Source: Camelus dromedarius (Eukaryota). Taken from it: a stretch of 64,000 bases of DNA. The stretch covers positions 103,108,001 through 103,172,000 of the forward strand of contig NC_087436.1 in the NCBI RefSeq assembly GCF_036321535.1, given 5' to 3'. The position numbers and the translations under genes were made by a program. Of this stretch, positions 61,900 to 64,000 are shown piece by piece (the stretch's first letter is position 1; the number at the start of each line of letters is the position of its first letter). Under the pieces are notes generated by a model. That model worked only from the letters and a program-made list of their open reading frames with translations, was not told where the DNA came from and searched no databases.

Positions 61900-63335
61900 T
61901 ATCATGCTAAGTATTTTTCTCATTTGGCATCTGGAACATCAGTCGCCCTTGGTTGCTGTTCCTTCTTAGTATCTTTTACTGATTCATCAGTCCCACCTCC
62001 CTTATTGCCAAATTGCTCTTCCCTCAATTTCCCCAAAAGCAGTTGAACTGTCTAAATGTCTCCATCCAAAGCACCTGCCACTTATTTCTCCCTTCTATGA
62101 TGAAATCAATTCATAAACAAATCCTTGTATGAAAATACATTCAGAATCCAGTCCCTTCCCAATATTTCCACTCCTACCATGGCCAAGCAACTAGCAGCTT
62201 TTGCTTAAGTTTGCATAACAGATTTCTAAAGGTTTCCTCCCAGTGTCCTTACTTACCTTCTCAATAGTCATTCTTAACACAGCACCAGAATTCTCCCTCA
62301 AAAATGTAAGTCAGAAGATTTCTTTCTTTTCCTCAAAATCTGTCAGCAGGTTTTCATTTAATTCATGAAAGGTCCTACATACACTGACAGTATCTCCCAT
62401 TGCTTTAAGATTTGTACTTTCAGCTTTACCCACACTGGTTTATTATTATTTCTGAAATATCCTAAAGTGTCAGCACATCTTAAGTGCCCCAGATCATTTG
62501 CACTGCTGCTGTCTCTCCTGCAATGCTCTTCTTGACAATGCTATGTGACTCGTGTCCCCTTTCCCCCAATTATCTGGTTGTCTGGTCTCTTTGTTACCTC
62601 AAGGAGGGGAAAATCCTCGGTCCTTGTCTTCCCCGAAAGAAAAGAATTCAGAAAGTAGTCTAAAGCATTGTGTAAATAAAGAGTCTTATTAGTAAAGCAA
62701 AAGTTAGCAAAGCAAAGTACACCTTCCAGAACTGAAGGCTGGCTGACCCAAGAGAGGACAATGGCCCCGCCCCTCCTTTGTTTCTCCTGTCTCATATCCT
62801 GGCTTAGGGGCTTCTCATGATGGCTCATGCCCCTTGAGTGCTTAGGTATACCCATCTCCTTTGCCCATGTTCTTACCCACTATGCACACAGAAAAGCCCA
62901 CGGAAGGGGGGTGCCTAAACTGTAATGCTAATTGATTATAATGAGCACTGTGTCCTGTCAGGTCAGGTCCTTCTCTCTACCATGCAGTCGTGGCATCCAG
63001 TTCTAACTGGCTTCTTTGTTGGCATTTACTTAGAGAAAGTAAAACTCTTTGACGTCTCCTATCCTGAGCGCAGGTGAACCATTAAATTCTGGATTGTACA
63101 CTCCCCTTTCCTCTCCCCTTTGCCTAGTGCCCATTCCTATCTAACTGCCTAACATCTCAGTGATTCCTTCTTCAAGACCCAATAAAAGATGACAATCCCC
63201 ATTTTTCTCAGTCCCACTTATCTCCTTGAGAAATACCATGTATGCAAAATTTCAGTAGTTTGTCATTTTCCTCCCACTAGAATGTACCTCCCATGAATGT
63301 AAGAACTTTGTTCCCAATAAATAATTATTAAACTA
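61900..63335 (+). mobile_element. L2 LINE fragment interrupted by the LTR at 62592-63154
   Basis: aaaatacattcagaatccagtcccttc...attcttaacacagcaccaga...aaaatgtaagtcaga...ctcccactagaatgtacctcccatgaatgtaagaactttg. Confidence 0.7.
62592..63154 (-). mobile_element. Solo ERV LTR (relatively young, GC-richer)
   Basis: TGTTA...TAACA termini, 563 bp, imperfect 4-bp flanks (tctt/tctc). L2 sequence is collinear across it. Confidence 0.75.
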
Positions 63336-63719
63336 GTTAATAAAGTCTTCTTTGAAATGGTGCCTGTGTTTATTTTAATTACTCAACAGGGAAATACTCT
63401 CCCCTAATTTTCTCTTTAGAAAAATGTCCCTAGGCTTATTATTAGGTTGACCATCCAGATGGCCAGGTAAGCTATGTGATCTTTGCCCCCTCTGCCTATC
63501 TGCACAAGACCCAATGCAGTGTTATATCTACTTGAGGTGCCTTGAAGACTGTATTTTCTTCTCGGTTATTGAGGAGTTGAAAATTATATTTTAATGTGGA
63601 AAAAGTCTGATAGGGTTTTGAATTATTAAAAACCACCAGAGACCTGAACATTAAAGGTTATATAAAATATCTGTCATTGAATCACCCTCATCTTCTCCAT
63701 CATCATTGTTTTTGCGGTC

Positions 63720-63950
63720 CTAGCTAATATTTACTAAGAATTCACTACATGATATAAACTGTTCTCAGTTCTCTGTGTGTACTGACCTGCTTAATCCTCT
63801 CAACTCTATATGGTAGGGATCACCTACCTATTTTATGGATTGCTTTCTCTATCTTACAGATGATGTAACTGAGACAAAGTAATTTGGCTCAGACTTTTTA
63901 TAACATAAACATCCAAATTCAAAGTGGCTAAAGGAAATTCAAATAATGAG
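63720..63950 (-). mobile_element. MIR SINE
   Basis: agctaatatttactaagaattcactacatg...ttaatcctctcaactctatatggtagg...ttacagatgatgtaactgagacaaagtaatttggctcag. Confidence 0.75.
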
Positions 63951-64000
63951 CAATAATGTGTACTACAAGTCTACAACTATTTAAAGGGGAGAGGTGGGTT

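Noticed and set aside
1..64000. The ~95 short ORFs in the supplied track as real genes
   Set aside because: All are 141 aa or shorter, many start at TTG/GTG, and they are biased to F/L/I/K/S as expected from AT-rich non-coding DNA. The only recognisable ones are L1 ORF2 fragments.

Overview
AT-rich, CpG-depleted mammalian genomic DNA, most likely camelid (alpaca/llama/camel). The species inference rests on two copies of a tRNA-derived SINE resembling camelid Vic-1 and on matching young L1 3' ends. I recognise no intact protein-coding gene, RNA gene, CRISPR array or prokaryotic system. The only ORFs with recognisable homology are L1 ORF2 fragments. Roughly half of the window, by eye, is layered transposon debris: L1 of several ages, L2, MIR, MaLR/ERVL/ERV1 LTRs, and hAT and Tigger DNA elements. 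The rest is unique intronic or intergenic sequence with a few candidate regulatory patches. The most interesting signals are retrotransposition products. (1) A TSD-flanked L1 3' transduction with two poly(A) tails and a fold-back 5' junction, nested in another L1 (42933-43136). (2) A polyadenylated ~340-bp unidentified insert splitting an L2 (23047-23385). (3) An L1 with an apparently swapped 3' UTR (51716-52263). (4) A long old L1 that has lost its RT domain (junction ~8878). Repeat subfamily names come from remembered consensus similarity, not a database search. Most repeat boundaries are approximate. I found no convincing evidence of a new multi-gene biological system.
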